64,000 nucleotides of DNA from a virus, in the IMG/VR virus record IMGVR_UViG_3300003873_000004, positions 31,269 to 95,268 of that record. The stretch is one strand, 5' to 3'. Each line of letters begins with the position of its first letter. Within the stretch, counting starts at the first letter, position 1. Below are positions 40,048-50,948 of this stretch, piece after piece. The position numbers and the translations under genes are program-made. The notes under the pieces were generated by a model. That model was not told where the DNA came from. It made no database searches and saw only the letters and a list, made by a program, of their open reading frames with translations.

Positions 40048-41133
40048 ATGCCAGCATATTGGATAGATAAGAAAGGAAAATTTACAGAATCGAGAGATAA
40101 TCATATTATTTCTATCATTGCGAACCCTAAAGTGTTTGGTTTCACTCTAGCGCAATTGAAAGAAACTTATGTGAAATACGATGAACATTTTGGGGCTGAA
40201 GGCAAAGCGCGACGAGAAATCATCGATGAAGCTATCAGTCGAGGATGGATTAGAGTTCGATTATATCCTAGAACTCACTGGTCTATCACTATCGCTAAAC
40301 TTGACAAGCGTGTTCGCAATGTAATTACTGAATTTTGTCAGAATTTGATTGCTGGTAAATATCCCGCTGTTCGTAATCTCGACCAATATCAACCCGTGAA
40401 ATTTACTGCTGTGAAATCCAGACAGACTAATCAAGATTATACTGTCAAAGAAATAGCTGATGGCGAGCTATTGGACGGGAAGAAGCTGGTTGAAACCCTG
40501 TTTCTTATTGATGATTATTCGGATTTTCTTGAAGAAAGTTCGTTGTCACGTGTATGGAATCAGACCAGAAAGCATTCTGTTGGGACTATTACAGCATACA
40601 GATATGCTCGTGACTGTGGTACTGGTGAAGTTTATACGAAGAACGAGAATAAATCCCGAAATGTTGTGCTTAGAGCAAAACTTCTCAAACTCGGATATTC
40701 TATTACCAAAATCAAAGGAACATATATCGAAAATTATGGTTCATCAAAGGAAATCGAAGTGTCAGAGGAGTCCTTCTTGGTGGTTGATTTGGACGACGAC
40801 GGCAAGCTACGCACTAATCTAATCAAACTCGGAACAGAGTTCGACCAAGATTCTATCACATTTCAAGAAAATTCAAACACGGGATATTTTCTAATTTCGA
40901 CAAATAAATGTGAAAGTGGATATCCGGGTCATGGAAAGATCGGAGTTATCAAGAAGCTTGGCAAAACGATGTTCGGTAAGAAAGGTGAGTTTTTCTCAAA
41001 AGTGAACGGACGGCCATTCGTGTTTGAAGAAGTTGGCGAACATTTGATCAATTTTTCAGATTTAGAAATTTCCGGAAAGCGTGGTGTTGTAGAATGGTCT
41101 AAGAAGAGTGGACAATCTGCGTGTTCGATTTAG
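40048..41133 (+). CDS. two-domain protein with C-terminal SAM lyase-like domain
   Basis: FLEESSLSRVW...ITAYR...NKSRN..L...GTYIE...EESFLV...LGTEFDQDSI; paralogue of 38639. Confidence 0.65.
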   Translation: MPAYWIDKKGKFTESRDNHIISIIANPKVFGFTLAQLKETYVKYDEHFGAEGKARREIIDEAISRGWIRVRLYPRTHWSITIAKLDKRVRNVITEFCQNLIAGKYPAVRNLDQYQPVKFTAVKSRQTNQDYTVKEIADGELLDGKKLVETLFLIDDYSDFLEESSLSRVWNQTRKHSVGTITAYRYARDCGTGEVYTKNENKSRNVVLRAKLLKLGYSITKIKGTYIENYGSSKEIEVSEESFLVVDLDDDGKLRTNLIKLGTEFDQDSITFQENSNTGYFLISTNKCESGYPGHGKIGVIKKLGKTMFGKKGEFFSKVNGRPFVFEEVGEHLINFSDLEISGKRGVVEWSKKSGQSACSI

Positions 41134-41835
41134 CAAAAGAACCAACAACGAAGGAGAAATGAACATGGCGGATGCATCGGGTGCTCCATCAGAACTATTT
41201 TTAGTTGTAAGCAGTAGAGCGACATTGTTCCCTGGCACTATTGGGATCCACACTTACAAAAATTCACGCATTAAAAATGTCAACTGAATCTAATATTAGA
41301 TATTTCGTCTATTCAACAAAAATGCTGGCAGTCGCAACCAATCATCCTTCAACACTAGAAAATATCGCTTGACAAGAGCGTCAAAATAGTTTAGACTTAT
41401 TGTATTGAAAGGGAAAGAAGCGTTCAAAGAACAAGCTTCAACGGTTAGACAAACTAATCACTGGTGAAAGGCCAGGAAACAAAGTGCTTGACAAGATCAA
41501 AGAAATAGTTTAGACTTATTGTATTGAAAGAAGTTAAGGAGATTATATTATGAAAAAATTATCAACAACAAAAAGAATCAAGTGTGAAAATTGTGGGGCG
41601 TTCATTCGTGAAAATCTGATGCCGAAACATAAGTGTAAAGTTTGGCGCGAAAAAGAGCTGGACAAAATCGTAGAACGCATGGAGAAGAAATGAGTCACGA
41701 TTCATGTAAACTTTGTGGATGGGTGGAACCAGAGAACGGTAAAGCTGTGACACGTCGATGCGATCGAGAAGGTTGTCCACAGAAGAAAGAATACCCATTA
41801 ATGAACTGGCTTAAGAAAGCTTTTGTGGAGAAAAG

Positions 41836-42054
41836 ATGAACGTAAATTTAGAAACAACACCGTGCGTTTTCGCTCATCCAAAATTACATAATTTGTTTTA
41901 CTGTGATCGACACCCGCAGGGGATGACTCAGAACATGGGCGAAGCTAATCGATATGTTGGCGCGCAAGCAAGGATGGAAGGCGTAGCAGATATGATTAAA
42001 AAATTCCCCAAAATTAAACCGGGACAGGTGGTGTTCAATTACATTGTTAGCTGA
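41836..42054 (+). CDS. hypothetical protein
   Basis: GGAG SD; ATGA overlap. Confidence 0.6.
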   Translation: MNVNLETTPCVFAHPKLHNLFYCDRHPQGMTQNMGEANRYVGAQARMEGVADMIKKFPKIKPGQVVFNYIVS

Positions 42055-42078
42055 ACTATCATGAAGCTAAATAATTAA

Positions 42079-42744
42079 ATGCTGACTTTGAATGAATTTC
42101 TGGTAGAACGAGAATACAAAGAATTTTGTGCACTGGACTTCGATGCTTTAGATGAAGGAGTGCTAGATAGACTATCCGGCGCAATGAAAAAGAAAATCGA
42201 ATTTGTCAAAAGGGTTGCTGATAAGACAGGAAACAAATTGTCTGATGTCGTGGCAACTTTCAAAAATAGAAAAGTGTTTTCTTTCTTCACCAAGATTAAA
42301 TGGTCGTTCGACAAGTTGATTCAACTTCTCAAAACTGGTTACAAAGCATACGGCACACTGATCAAAGTTGTATCTGAATATTTGGCAAAAAATCCCGTAG
42401 TGAAATGGACAGACAAGAAGCTGATCGAATTAGACGATTTCTTGAAAACTCATCCTAAGACGCGAAGAATGGCAGGATTTGTGGTGGCTGGATTGCTGGC
42501 GTATGTATGGTTTCATGTAGCATTTTCTGGTGATGTGTCCACAGACTTCGATATGTCACAACTTATAGCTGCTATGTCTGGAAGTTTTTCATTATCCAAC
42601 ATATTCTCTGGAGCGAATGGAATCACCATGATCGGCCTGCTTTTGGCTGGCACTTTAACTGGCGGGTTTCCTTGGCCGTCTAGAGCCAATACACAATTCA
42701 TTACAGCAATTATCGGCACACTAATTCACAAATTTCGACATTAG
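42079..42744 (+). CDS. late membrane-segment protein with capsid-targeting-like N-terminus
   Basis: MLTLNEFLVE; CTAAATA-N5-ATG; hydrophobic C-terminus. Confidence 0.7.
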   Translation: MLTLNEFLVEREYKEFCALDFDALDEGVLDRLSGAMKKKIEFVKRVADKTGNKLSDVVATFKNRKVFSFFTKIKWSFDKLIQLLKTGYKAYGTLIKVVSEYLAKNPVVKWTDKKLIELDDFLKTHPKTRRMAGFVVAGLLAYVWFHVAFSGDVSTDFDMSQLIAAMSGSFSLSNIFSGANGITMIGLLLAGTLTGGFPWPSRANTQFITAIIGTLIHKFRH

Positions 42745-42814
42745 CGCTTGACAACAGCGTCAAAATAGTTTAGACTTATTGTATTGAAAGAGAAAAACAA
42801 AAGGAGATTATATT

Positions 42815-43069
42815 ATGAAAAACAAATTAGACATAGGTGGCCCAAAAGGTAATGCTTATTACATTCTAAGTGTTGCTGAAAGTTTGTCAGAACAGTTGGG
42901 ATATAATACAGACGAAATACTTTACAAGATGGAATCCGGCGGGTATGAAGATTTACTGCGTGAGTTCAATCACTGGTTCGATGATGTTGTGACTCTGGTG
43001 TCATCAGAGAAACTTCCAGTTGATTCGAGTTTGTACACACTAGAAAATGATTCTGTGAGGTATTTGTAA
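42815..43069 (+). CDS. hypothetical protein
   Basis: GP.GNAY.IL...M.SG.YE.LL pattern; promoter cassette. Confidence 0.7.
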   Translation: MKNKLDIGGPKGNAYYILSVAESLSEQLGYNTDEILYKMESGGYEDLLREFNHWFDDVVTLVSSEKLPVDSSLYTLENDSVRYL

Positions 43070-43497
43070 TGTTAGGCAAGGCTATTGCGCTAGCAGCAAA
43101 AATACACGAGGGGCAGAAAGATAAGGGTGGATATGCTTATATTCTTCATCCGCTTCGAGTCATGAACGGACTAAATTCAACAGACAAAGAACTCTGTGCC
43201 ATCGCTGTTCTACACGACACGGTAGAAGATTCGGATTTGACAGAACAAGATTTACGAGAGCAAGGATTTCCTGAGCGGGTTGTTGTTGGTGTTGTTGCTA
43301 TGAGTAGGCGCCCTGGAGAATCATACGAGACATTCATTGAGCGTTGCGCGTGTAATTCTGATGCTCGATTGGTAAAACTTCAAGACCTTCGAGATAATTC
43401 CGACATTACTCGATTGAAAGGCATATCGAAACAAGATTTGGAACGAATGGAAAAATATCACAAGGCGTGGGTTTATTTGTCAGGAGCACAGAAATGA
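43069..43497 (+). CDS. HD-domain small alarmone hydrolase (Mesh1/SpoT-HD-like)
   Basis: H.GQ.DK.G..YI.HP..V...AVLHDTVED...VKL.D..DN. Confidence 0.85.
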   Translation: MLGKAIALAAKIHEGQKDKGGYAYILHPLRVMNGLNSTDKELCAIAVLHDTVEDSDLTEQDLREQGFPERVVVGVVAMSRRPGESYETFIERCACNSDARLVKLQDLRDNSDITRLKGISKQDLERMEKYHKAWVYLSGAQK

Positions 43498-43829
43498 ATT
43501 ATACTCGATACACAGATGAAGAATTAATCGTCATCGGGCTATGGGAAGATGTAGATTCTCTAGAGTTCGAACTGGCAGAAAGATTGGATCGACTGATTGA
43601 GGAAGTTGAAGACTAGAAAAATACGAAGAAGATATCGCAGAATTGGAAAACGTAGCCGAGAGTCAAAAATGTACAATAGAAAAACATGACGACGAAATCG
43701 ACAAAAAGGATGACGTTATAGCCAATCTCGAAGAAGAAATAGAATTCTTGCGAAAAGAAAATTTGAAACTAAAAAGAACCGGTGGAGATTGCTCTCGTGT
43801 TGTAACTTAACATAGGAGGACACCACAAA

Positions 43830-44186
43830 ATGTCTAGAACAATTAGAAGAAAAACATACAAGTCTGGTCTATACGAATTCGACGATTATGCTGGCGAAAC
43901 ACGTATAGAATTTCGACTGTTTAGAAATACATTTTACATCAAACCTGGATCAGGAGCACGTGGAAAATATATTGTTCTAACCAAAGAACATGAACGGAAA
44001 CAAAAAGCAAGATTTCATTCAGACTCATACGAAACCATGAGAAATGCCCAGAAGTGGTATCGCCGGATGCTAAATAAAACACTAAGGACAAAACAAAAGC
44101 AATATTTAAGGAATGCTATCAAAAATGAAACATTTGAAAAATACGCTGAACCAAGATTTATCAAAGATGCAGGATGGTATTGGTAA
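43830..44186 (+). CDS. basic hypothetical protein
   Basis: AGGAGG SD; MSRTIRRK...WYRR. Confidence 0.7.
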   Translation: MSRTIRRKTYKSGLYEFDDYAGETRIEFRLFRNTFYIKPGSGARGKYIVLTKEHERKQKARFHSDSYETMRNAQKWYRRMLNKTLRTKQKQYLRNAIKNETFEKYAEPRFIKDAGWYW

Positions 44187-44477
44187 TGCGGTAGGCTCAT
44201 ACACAAATCGTTTTGTTTTGTTTCTCTTAGTAATTTTCACCTTTCTGTATTTTCAGTCGTGCGTTCCAAATACACCAGCGCCCGCATTTAATTACAGTCA
44301 AACACGTGGTGTAGCGCAACCCAGCTCAGGTAACCTCCTCCAGAGCCTTGGAGCAAAATGCGCTGAAACTCATGCCGATAGAGTTCGAGAAGTAGATTCC
44401 GGAGTCCTTCTCGTTAGCGACAGCTTTGATAATCGCGTCGACGTGCCTCTGAGTTTCTTACCTTTTAGGAGCATCAA

Positions 44478-44786
44478 ATGACAGAAGAAACTAAAACAGA
44501 AGCAGCAACTTTTGGGTATATCCGAAAAAATCCTCTAAAGGCCGTTGCTGGGGTTATGACAATTCTTGGAATTTTAGTATCAACTGTCTGGGCCGCCGAT
44601 GCTAGATTCAATCAAACTCCACAAATAACAGAATTAAAAAATTCAATTCAATTTGACCGTAGGCAATCTCTAGAAGATTCCATCATGGTTCTTCAAATGA
44701 AAACTGCAGGCGCTGATCAGAAAGCTATCGACAAAGCTCTACTAGAACGATACAAGAACAGGCTGAACAATCTAAGCAAAAAATAA
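44478..44786 (+). CDS. single-TM coiled-coil protein
   Basis: One hydrophobic helix; SD. Confidence 0.65.
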   Translation: MTEETKTEAATFGYIRKNPLKAVAGVMTILGILVSTVWAADARFNQTPQITELKNSIQFDRRQSLEDSIMVLQMKTAGADQKAIDKALLERYKNRLNNLSKK

Positions 44787-44836
44787 TTCTTGACTTCTCC
44801 TTAAGATTCGCGTAGAATCATTCAAAAGGAGATCAC

Positions 44837-45097
44837 ATGTCAGACAAACAATTCGCAGACATTAAAATAGGCTTGAAAGATGCCGTGCTTGTATTTTCGC
44901 CAGAAAATGATAATAGCTACGGGCTAGCTGTTCACGCGCCTAAAGAAATCGTAGAAGATGAAAATTCTACCATTCCGATCAATGTTGCCGTCGCAGCACA
45001 AATTTATACATACATTTCGAATGAAGAAAACATGAAGAAAATAATTGAATATTTTGAAGAAACTATGGGAAATTCTGAGGAGAAAGAATGGGGCTGA
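44837..45097 (+). CDS. hypothetical protein
   Basis: Promoter and SD. Confidence 0.65.
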   Translation: MSDKQFADIKIGLKDAVLVFSPENDNSYGLAVHAPKEIVEDENSTIPINVAVAAQIYTYISNEENMKKIIEYFEETMGNSEEKEWG

Positions 45098-46115
45098 TAG
45101 ATAATTTACTAAAACCCGGAGCAATTGGGAAAATATCGACATTAGATACGTCGGTAATATTTAACGAAAAAGATACATTTCAAACCACCCTGCCAATAGT
45201 CAACATAGCGTTTTCTGGTGAAATTGATGGCGGTGTAAGCACAGGTCTTACAGTATTGAGTGGAGAATCAAAGACGTTCAAAACTTTGTTGATGTTGTAT
45301 TGTCTAAAGGCATATCAGAACAAATATCCAGAATCCGTTTGCCTGTTTTACGACTGTGAATTTGGAGTGACCCCAGACTATATCAAATCCATCGGTCTTG
45401 ATGGCAGCAGAATTATTCATATTCCGGTTGAGCATGTCGAACAGCTAAAATTCGACCTTGTTGCGAGATTAAAAGAAATCAAAAAAAACGACAAGGTGTT
45501 TATCATGGTCGATTCTCTTGGCAATTTAGCATCAAAGAAAGAGGTGGAAGACGCACAAGATGAAAAGTCCGTCGCGGATATGACAAGGGCTAAGGCTATA
45601 CGTTCGCTTTTGCGTATAATTACTCCACACCTAACAATGAAAGATATTCCGTGTTTCTTAGTAAACCATGTGTATAAAGAGATTGGAATGTTTCCAAAAA
45701 CTATTATTCCGGGTGGCAGTGCCGTTACATATGCCGCAAACCAGATTTTTGTCATTGGAAAAGCAAAAGAAAAATAGGAAAGGAATTGTCTGGGTTCAAA
45801 TTTACAATCAATATACACAAATCGAGAAATGTAATCGAGGGTTCTAAGTTTGCGTTTATCGCAAGTTTCGAAGACGGCATTGACAAATGGACAGGATTGC
45901 TTGATGTGGCTCTAGCTACAGGTCACGTAACCAAGCCCTCTAACGGTTGGTATGTCCGGCCAAACATCGATGACGTAAAGTATCGAGAGAAGAATACGCA
46001 CAGCGCAGAATTCTGGATGCCAATTTTACAGAAAACAGATTTCCCGCAAGCGGTATCCAGAAAATTCAAACTATCAACAAATAATCTAACACAAGAGGAA
46101 GAATCAAATGAGTAG
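45088..46115 (+). CDS. uvsX: UvsX recombinase, frameshifted near 45772
   Basis: GESKTFKT, YDCEFG, DSLGNLASKKE, DMTRAK; one extra A in GAAAAAT joins KAKEK-IGKELSGFKF. Confidence 0.92.
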
Positions 46116-46380
46116 TCTAGAATATGAAATCGTTTTGCTTGACGATACCGGCCGAGTAAATGTGGACGGACAAAACACTGGAATCATTATCGACAACACA
46201 TTAGCTAAAATTGATGAAGTTTATTTCGAAGAAGATAATTTGATCGTAGAATATAAATTGTCAAACGAGTATGATTATCCAGAAGATATTGACAAGTTCA
46301 AAGAAAGTCTAACTTTGATCATCGCAAAATTGATGGCAGAACTTGCTGATGATTTGAAGGATGAAAATGCCGACGATTGA
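46108..46380 (+). CDS. acidic hypothetical protein between uvsX and 41
   Basis: Overlapping ORF in the gp40 position. Confidence 0.6.
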   Translation: MSSLEYEIVLLDDTGRVNVDGQNTGIIIDNTLAKIDEVYFEEDNLIVEYKLSNEYDYPEDIDKFKESLTLIIAKLMAELADDLKDENADD

Positions 46381-47779
46381 TGATCAGCTTTCGATAGAAT
46401 CATTAATACTCACAAATTTAATCAACAACGAAGAATACGCACGAAAGGTATCACCTTTTCTAAAGGTAGAATATTTTGAGGACAGATACAAGAAAATTGT
46501 CTTCGAAGAATATGTTGATTATCTTACCAAGTATAATTCTATTCCAACCAAAGAAGCATTATATCTCGAAGTAGAAGTGCGAACAGATATTGATGCTGAT
46601 TTGTTAGATGGGGTTCAGAAATCACTTTTAGAAGTATCACAACATGCTTCTGATGATAAGGCAGACCCAAAATGGTTAGCTGATACTACAGAACAGTATT
46701 GTAAGGATAGAGCATTATATTTGGCTGTTACTGATGCTATTGGTATCATCGACGGCCAAGATAAGAAGCGCGATAAAAATGCTATTCCAAGTATTCTATC
46801 AGACGCACTGGCTGTTACTTTTGATACTCATATTGGACATGATTATTTCGATGATGCCGCAGATCGGTGGGATTTTATGCACCGGGACGAAGCACGAATC
46901 AAATTTGATCTGGATTGGTTCAATAAAGTTTCCGGAGGAGGAATACCACCAAAAACTCTAACTGCGGTGCTTGCGGGTTCTGGCGTAGGTAAATCTCTCG
47001 CCATGTGCCATATGGCAGCAGGATTCACGATGGCAGGCAAAAATGTTTTGTATATCACGATGGAAATGGCAGAAGAAAGAATTTCGGAACGTATTGATGC
47101 AAATTTGTTAAATACCAGTCTTGACGATTTGCTGACGTTGCCGAGAGAAACATACACCAAGAAAATAGATAAACTTCGTAAGAATACAGTAGGGAATTTT
47201 GTGGTAAAGGAATATCCAACGGCAGCCGCACATGTTGGGCACTTCCGTCATCTTATTCAAGAGCTGAAACTCAAGAAGAAATTTCATCCAGACATCATTT
47301 TTGTCGATTACTTAAATATCTGTGCATCAGCTAGAGTTCGTGGTGGGGAAAATACATATGTGCTATGTAAAAGTATAGCGGAGGAACTTCGAGGGCTGGC
47401 TATCGAATTAGATGTTGCCATTATTACCGCGACTCAAACAAATCGCGAAGGAAGTTCGGCCTCTGATTTATCAATGACTGATGTGTCTGAAAGTTTTGGT
47501 ATCGCAATGACGTTGGATTTATTCATAGGAATGATTTCGACAGATCAACTAGCAGCACAAGATCAAGTTTTGTTCAAATGTTTGAAAACAAGATTTGCTG
47601 ATCTTAGCGCAATGAAGCCGGGTTTGATGGGAATTGATAGGCCAAAGATGCGTCTTATGGAGTTGGAAAATAATGTTGCGCATCAGTTACAACAAAACCA
47701 ATCAATGATACCACCAAAGACCATGCCTCCAGAATTCAATGCGGTCAAAGTTGATAAATTCGATGGGTTTGAAATCTAA
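46367..47779 (+). CDS. 41: replicative helicase gp41
   Basis: AGSGVGKS, YITMEMAEE, VDYLNIC, AEELRGLA, ATQTNR, SESFG. Confidence 0.95.
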   Translation: MPTIDDQLSIESLILTNLINNEEYARKVSPFLKVEYFEDRYKKIVFEEYVDYLTKYNSIPTKEALYLEVEVRTDIDADLLDGVQKSLLEVSQHASDDKADPKWLADTTEQYCKDRALYLAVTDAIGIIDGQDKKRDKNAIPSILSDALAVTFDTHIGHDYFDDAADRWDFMHRDEARIKFDLDWFNKVSGGGIPPKTLTAVLAGSGVGKSLAMCHMAAGFTMAGKNVLYITMEMAEERISERIDANLLNTSLDDLLTLPRETYTKKIDKLRKNTVGNFVVKEYPTAAAHVGHFRHLIQELKLKKKFHPDIIFVDYLNICASARVRGGENTYVLCKSIAEELRGLAIELDVAIITATQTNREGSSASDLSMTDVSESFGIAMTLDLFIGMISTDQLAAQDQVLFKCLKTRFADLSAMKPGLMGIDRPKMRLMELENNVAHQLQQNQSMIPPKTMPPEFNAVKVDKFDGFEI

Positions 47780-47796
47780 TCTTGCTAAATACTGAC

Positions 47797-48603
47797 ATGA
47801 TTTCCTTCTCAGAATATTTAAATGAAGCAATTTTTGACATAAATTCTGCTGTTGATCATATTTTCGACACGTACTATGCTGATTATTTCAAGAAATTGTC
47901 GAAATTGCATGGCGGGGATACAATACCACGAAGGCCATCATCAAGAACTTTCACATCTAAAAGATTGGCAAAATTGTCTAACAACAAAGCAATTACTGTG
48001 GCTAATCTTATTAAGCCCGTAACTATTACGATAGAAGGTCAGAACAATTCATATAATCCAGTATCTTCACAAATTTTGATCAAGATGTCTCAGTTTGCCG
48101 ATTATGTTCAAAGATTTTCAAATGTGTTGGAACAGGCAGACAAAGACAGAAGCGCAGAAGATGTTTTTTCCAATATGATGATGAATCCGAAAGAAGAGCG
48201 TTCGTTTCGAGAAGATTTTCGTGGCGAGAAGATCAAGAATTCTATTGCTCATGAATTGTCCCATTGGCTGAATGACACAAAAAATAACAATAATATAATG
48301 ACAAAATTGATGAACGCGAAGGGTAAAAACGTATCTATAGAGGTTTTACAGGGATTAGATAATGTAGCACTGACTGATTTTGAACGTGATGCGCAAATTC
48401 ATCAGATAGCACAAATGAAACGTAAAATCTCGCAAGCAGTATGGGATAGTTTATCATTTGAAGAAATGCTATCCAGAGATAATTCTTTGTATCGAGCAAT
48501 TTGGATTAGACTATCAAAAAAAGATCAAAAGACATGGAAGAAATTGATACTAAAACGTATGGCACGTGAAAAACTACTAGGCAAAAATATGAGGTTCAAA
48601 TAA
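47797..48603 (+). CDS. late protein with HExxH zincin motif and capsid-targeting-like N-terminus
   Basis: MISFSEYLNEA; AHELSH...E.DA; CTAAATA-N5-ATG. Confidence 0.7.
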   Translation: MISFSEYLNEAIFDINSAVDHIFDTYYADYFKKLSKLHGGDTIPRRPSSRTFTSKRLAKLSNNKAITVANLIKPVTITIEGQNNSYNPVSSQILIKMSQFADYVQRFSNVLEQADKDRSAEDVFSNMMMNPKEERSFREDFRGEKIKNSIAHELSHWLNDTKNNNNIMTKLMNAKGKNVSIEVLQGLDNVALTDFERDAQIHQIAQMKRKISQAVWDSLSFEEMLSRDNSLYRAIWIRLSKKDQKTWKKLILKRMAREKLLGKNMRFK

Positions 48604-48604
48604 T

Positions 48605-49911
48605 ATGTTATCATTTAAGAAATTTATCACTACCAATCATCGTCGTGAAGGCGAAACCGAATTAGACGAAGGTGGAGCTATATGAAATTATATAATAAAA
48701 TGGATCTATAAAAAGTTTTCGGCCATTTGCAGAACGTAAAGGACGTTGATACTTTTCAATTTTCTGATTTAGAGACAATCATATCCAACGCCTTATCGGG
48801 CAAGTTGTTGAAAACAAAGGAAAAAAACGACGGCCAAAATTTATTGATCTCCTGGATTGATGGGGAGTTCCGCGCTGCCCGCAATGGTAGCCATATTAAA
48901 AACTTTGGTAAAAATTCTATGACAGTATCAGCAACCAAAAGTATGTTTGCTGGACGCGGAACTATAGAAACGGCATTTTCTGATGCTGTTGGTGATATAT
49001 CCAAAGCGATTTCTAATCTTACTGCTAAGCAACAGGAAAAGATTTTCATGAACGGCAAGAAATTCATGAGCGTAGAAGTACAACATTCTGCGAATCCTAA
49101 TGTTGTTCACTATGGAAACGATACAATTGTTCTACAAGGAACACTTGAATATGATGAAGCAGGGAAACCTATTTCTCAGTTTAATATAGAAGATGCTAGA
49201 ATTCTGTCTGGTATGTTACAACAAGTTAGAGCCACAGCACAGAATACGTTTGAAGTAAAAGCAATCAAACAATTAGCTTTGAAAAAATTACCAAACTTCG
49301 CACAATTGAAAAAGAAATTTACTTCCGATTTACGAAAGGTAAGATCACGTTATGGATTATCGAATTCCGCGACAATTTCTGAATATAAAGAATCATATTG
49401 GCGAGAACAGATTACTCGAAATCTTACTGGTCTGGAAAAAGATGTTGAAGAATTACTCATTAACAGATGGGCACATTTCATCAAGCGACCGTCAATTGTT
49501 CAGATTGCTAAGATGTCCAAGCTAGGATCAGACATTCGAGCAATGGATAAAAACCATACAAAATTGGCTAAGAATGCTGATCAACCAATTGAAGATATTT
49601 TTCTACAAGTTGGTGCTAGAGTGATGGAAGGGATGACAGAATTTATGTCAGTCAATCCAGAATTTTCATCTAGTGTCATGACTAAGAACTTGAAAGATGC
49701 TATTGCCAAGATCGAAGCATCTGGAAACGAAGCAGCAATTGCTAAACTTCGATCAGAGTTGGCGCGATTAGATAGGATTGGAATTGAGCGTATCGTTCCG
49801 TCGGAAGGGATCACTTTTTTCGTACGAAAGGGCGGCGAAGATATACTTTTGAAACTCACCGGCGCTTTCGCTCCACTGAACCAAATAAATTCCATCTTAT
49901 GGCAGCTCTAA
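48605..49911 (+). CDS. KxDG ligase-like nucleotidyltransferase protein, interrupted by a 38-nt insert
   Basis: MLSFKKF...LDEGGA | FGHL...KEKNDGQN...EGI....LLKLTG.FAP.NQ. Confidence 0.65.
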
Positions 49912-50042
49912 GCCATTTTAGTTTGTTTCCAGTATGTTGGTATCAAAAAGAAATTCAAATTGTTTCTAGACATACTCTAGGGGCTAGAATTGTATTAAAT
50001 AAAGTTCTTGACAAGTACAGATTAAGAGCGTAGCATTGAAAT

Positions 50043-50948
50043 ATGTTAAAACCTGTAAATGAGTCACTACACAACGTCACGCTTCAAGATATTCTTGATC
50101 ATAAGAAACTATCATCAGATCAGATCAATCATGATCTAACCAAGTTGCTAGAGTTTGATGCCACAGAAAATAGGAACAATTTCTATGGCAATCCTACTCT
50201 CTATCACTATCAGCTAGAAAACTTGCTGAAATGCCATCGTGACAAAGGCAAAACTTTGTTTGATGTTTGGAATGATGAAGAACAAAGAGCAAAATTGATC
50301 TCAGACACCAGAAAGCGAAATCGCGGTGGACGGACGGCTGCAGGAAATATATTCGAATGCTTCCGCATCAACACGGGCTCTGTTGTGATGTTCAAATCAA
50401 CAACCGCAAAATATATCTACCAAAAATATGGAGCAAAGAAAGTTCTTGATCCAACGGCTGGTTGGGGAGGTAGGATGCTTGGCGCGTGGGCGTTAGGTAT
50501 TGACTATACTGGCATTGATACAAACATCGGAATGGTTCACTCATATTATGAGATGCTGACCGCGCTGGCAAATTATCCGACAATAATAAATACGTCTTGC
50601 GTGAAAATGATATGGGATTCATGTTTAGATGTTGATTTTTCTAAGATTAAATATGATTTTGTTCTAACTAGCCCACCATATATCAACATGGAAGTCTACG
50701 AACATATGACTAAATGGAACAACGACGAAGCGTTCTATGTCGAGTTTCTATTACCGCTGTGGAATAAATGTGTTGACAACATTGAAGAAGGTGGCGGTAA
50801 AGTTTGTTTCAATATTAGCCCTCAAATGTACAAAGACGCTAAATACTACGGACTAAGAGACTGTGATTTTGTTGAAGATTTGAAACAACAACTCGGACAA
50901 CAAACCGGTAAGAAAAAACAAGATTTAATATATGGATGGAATTGCTGA
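50043..50948 (+). CDS. DNA amino-methyltransferase
   Basis: LDPTAGWGGR and LTSPPY..E.Y. Confidence 0.88.
   Translation: MLKPVNESLHNVTLQDILDHKKLSSDQINHDLTKLLEFDATENRNNFYGNPTLYHYQLENLLKCHRDKGKTLFDVWNDEEQRAKLISDTRKRNRGGRTAAGNIFECFRINTGSVVMFKSTTAKYIYQKYGAKKVLDPTAGWGGRMLGAWALGIDYTGIDTNIGMVHSYYEMLTALANYPTIINTSCVKMIWDSCLDVDFSKIKYDFVLTSPPYINMEVYEHMTKWNNDEAFYVEFLLPLWNKCVDNIEEGGGKVCFNISPQMYKDAKYYGLRDCDFVEDLKQQLGQQTGKKKQDLIYGWNC

Noticed and set aside
45760-45790. Programmed frameshift or true split in uvsX
   Set aside because: One missing A in an A run restores the gene; similar single-base losses near 1028 and 43610 point to sequencing indels. Reads are needed to be sure.
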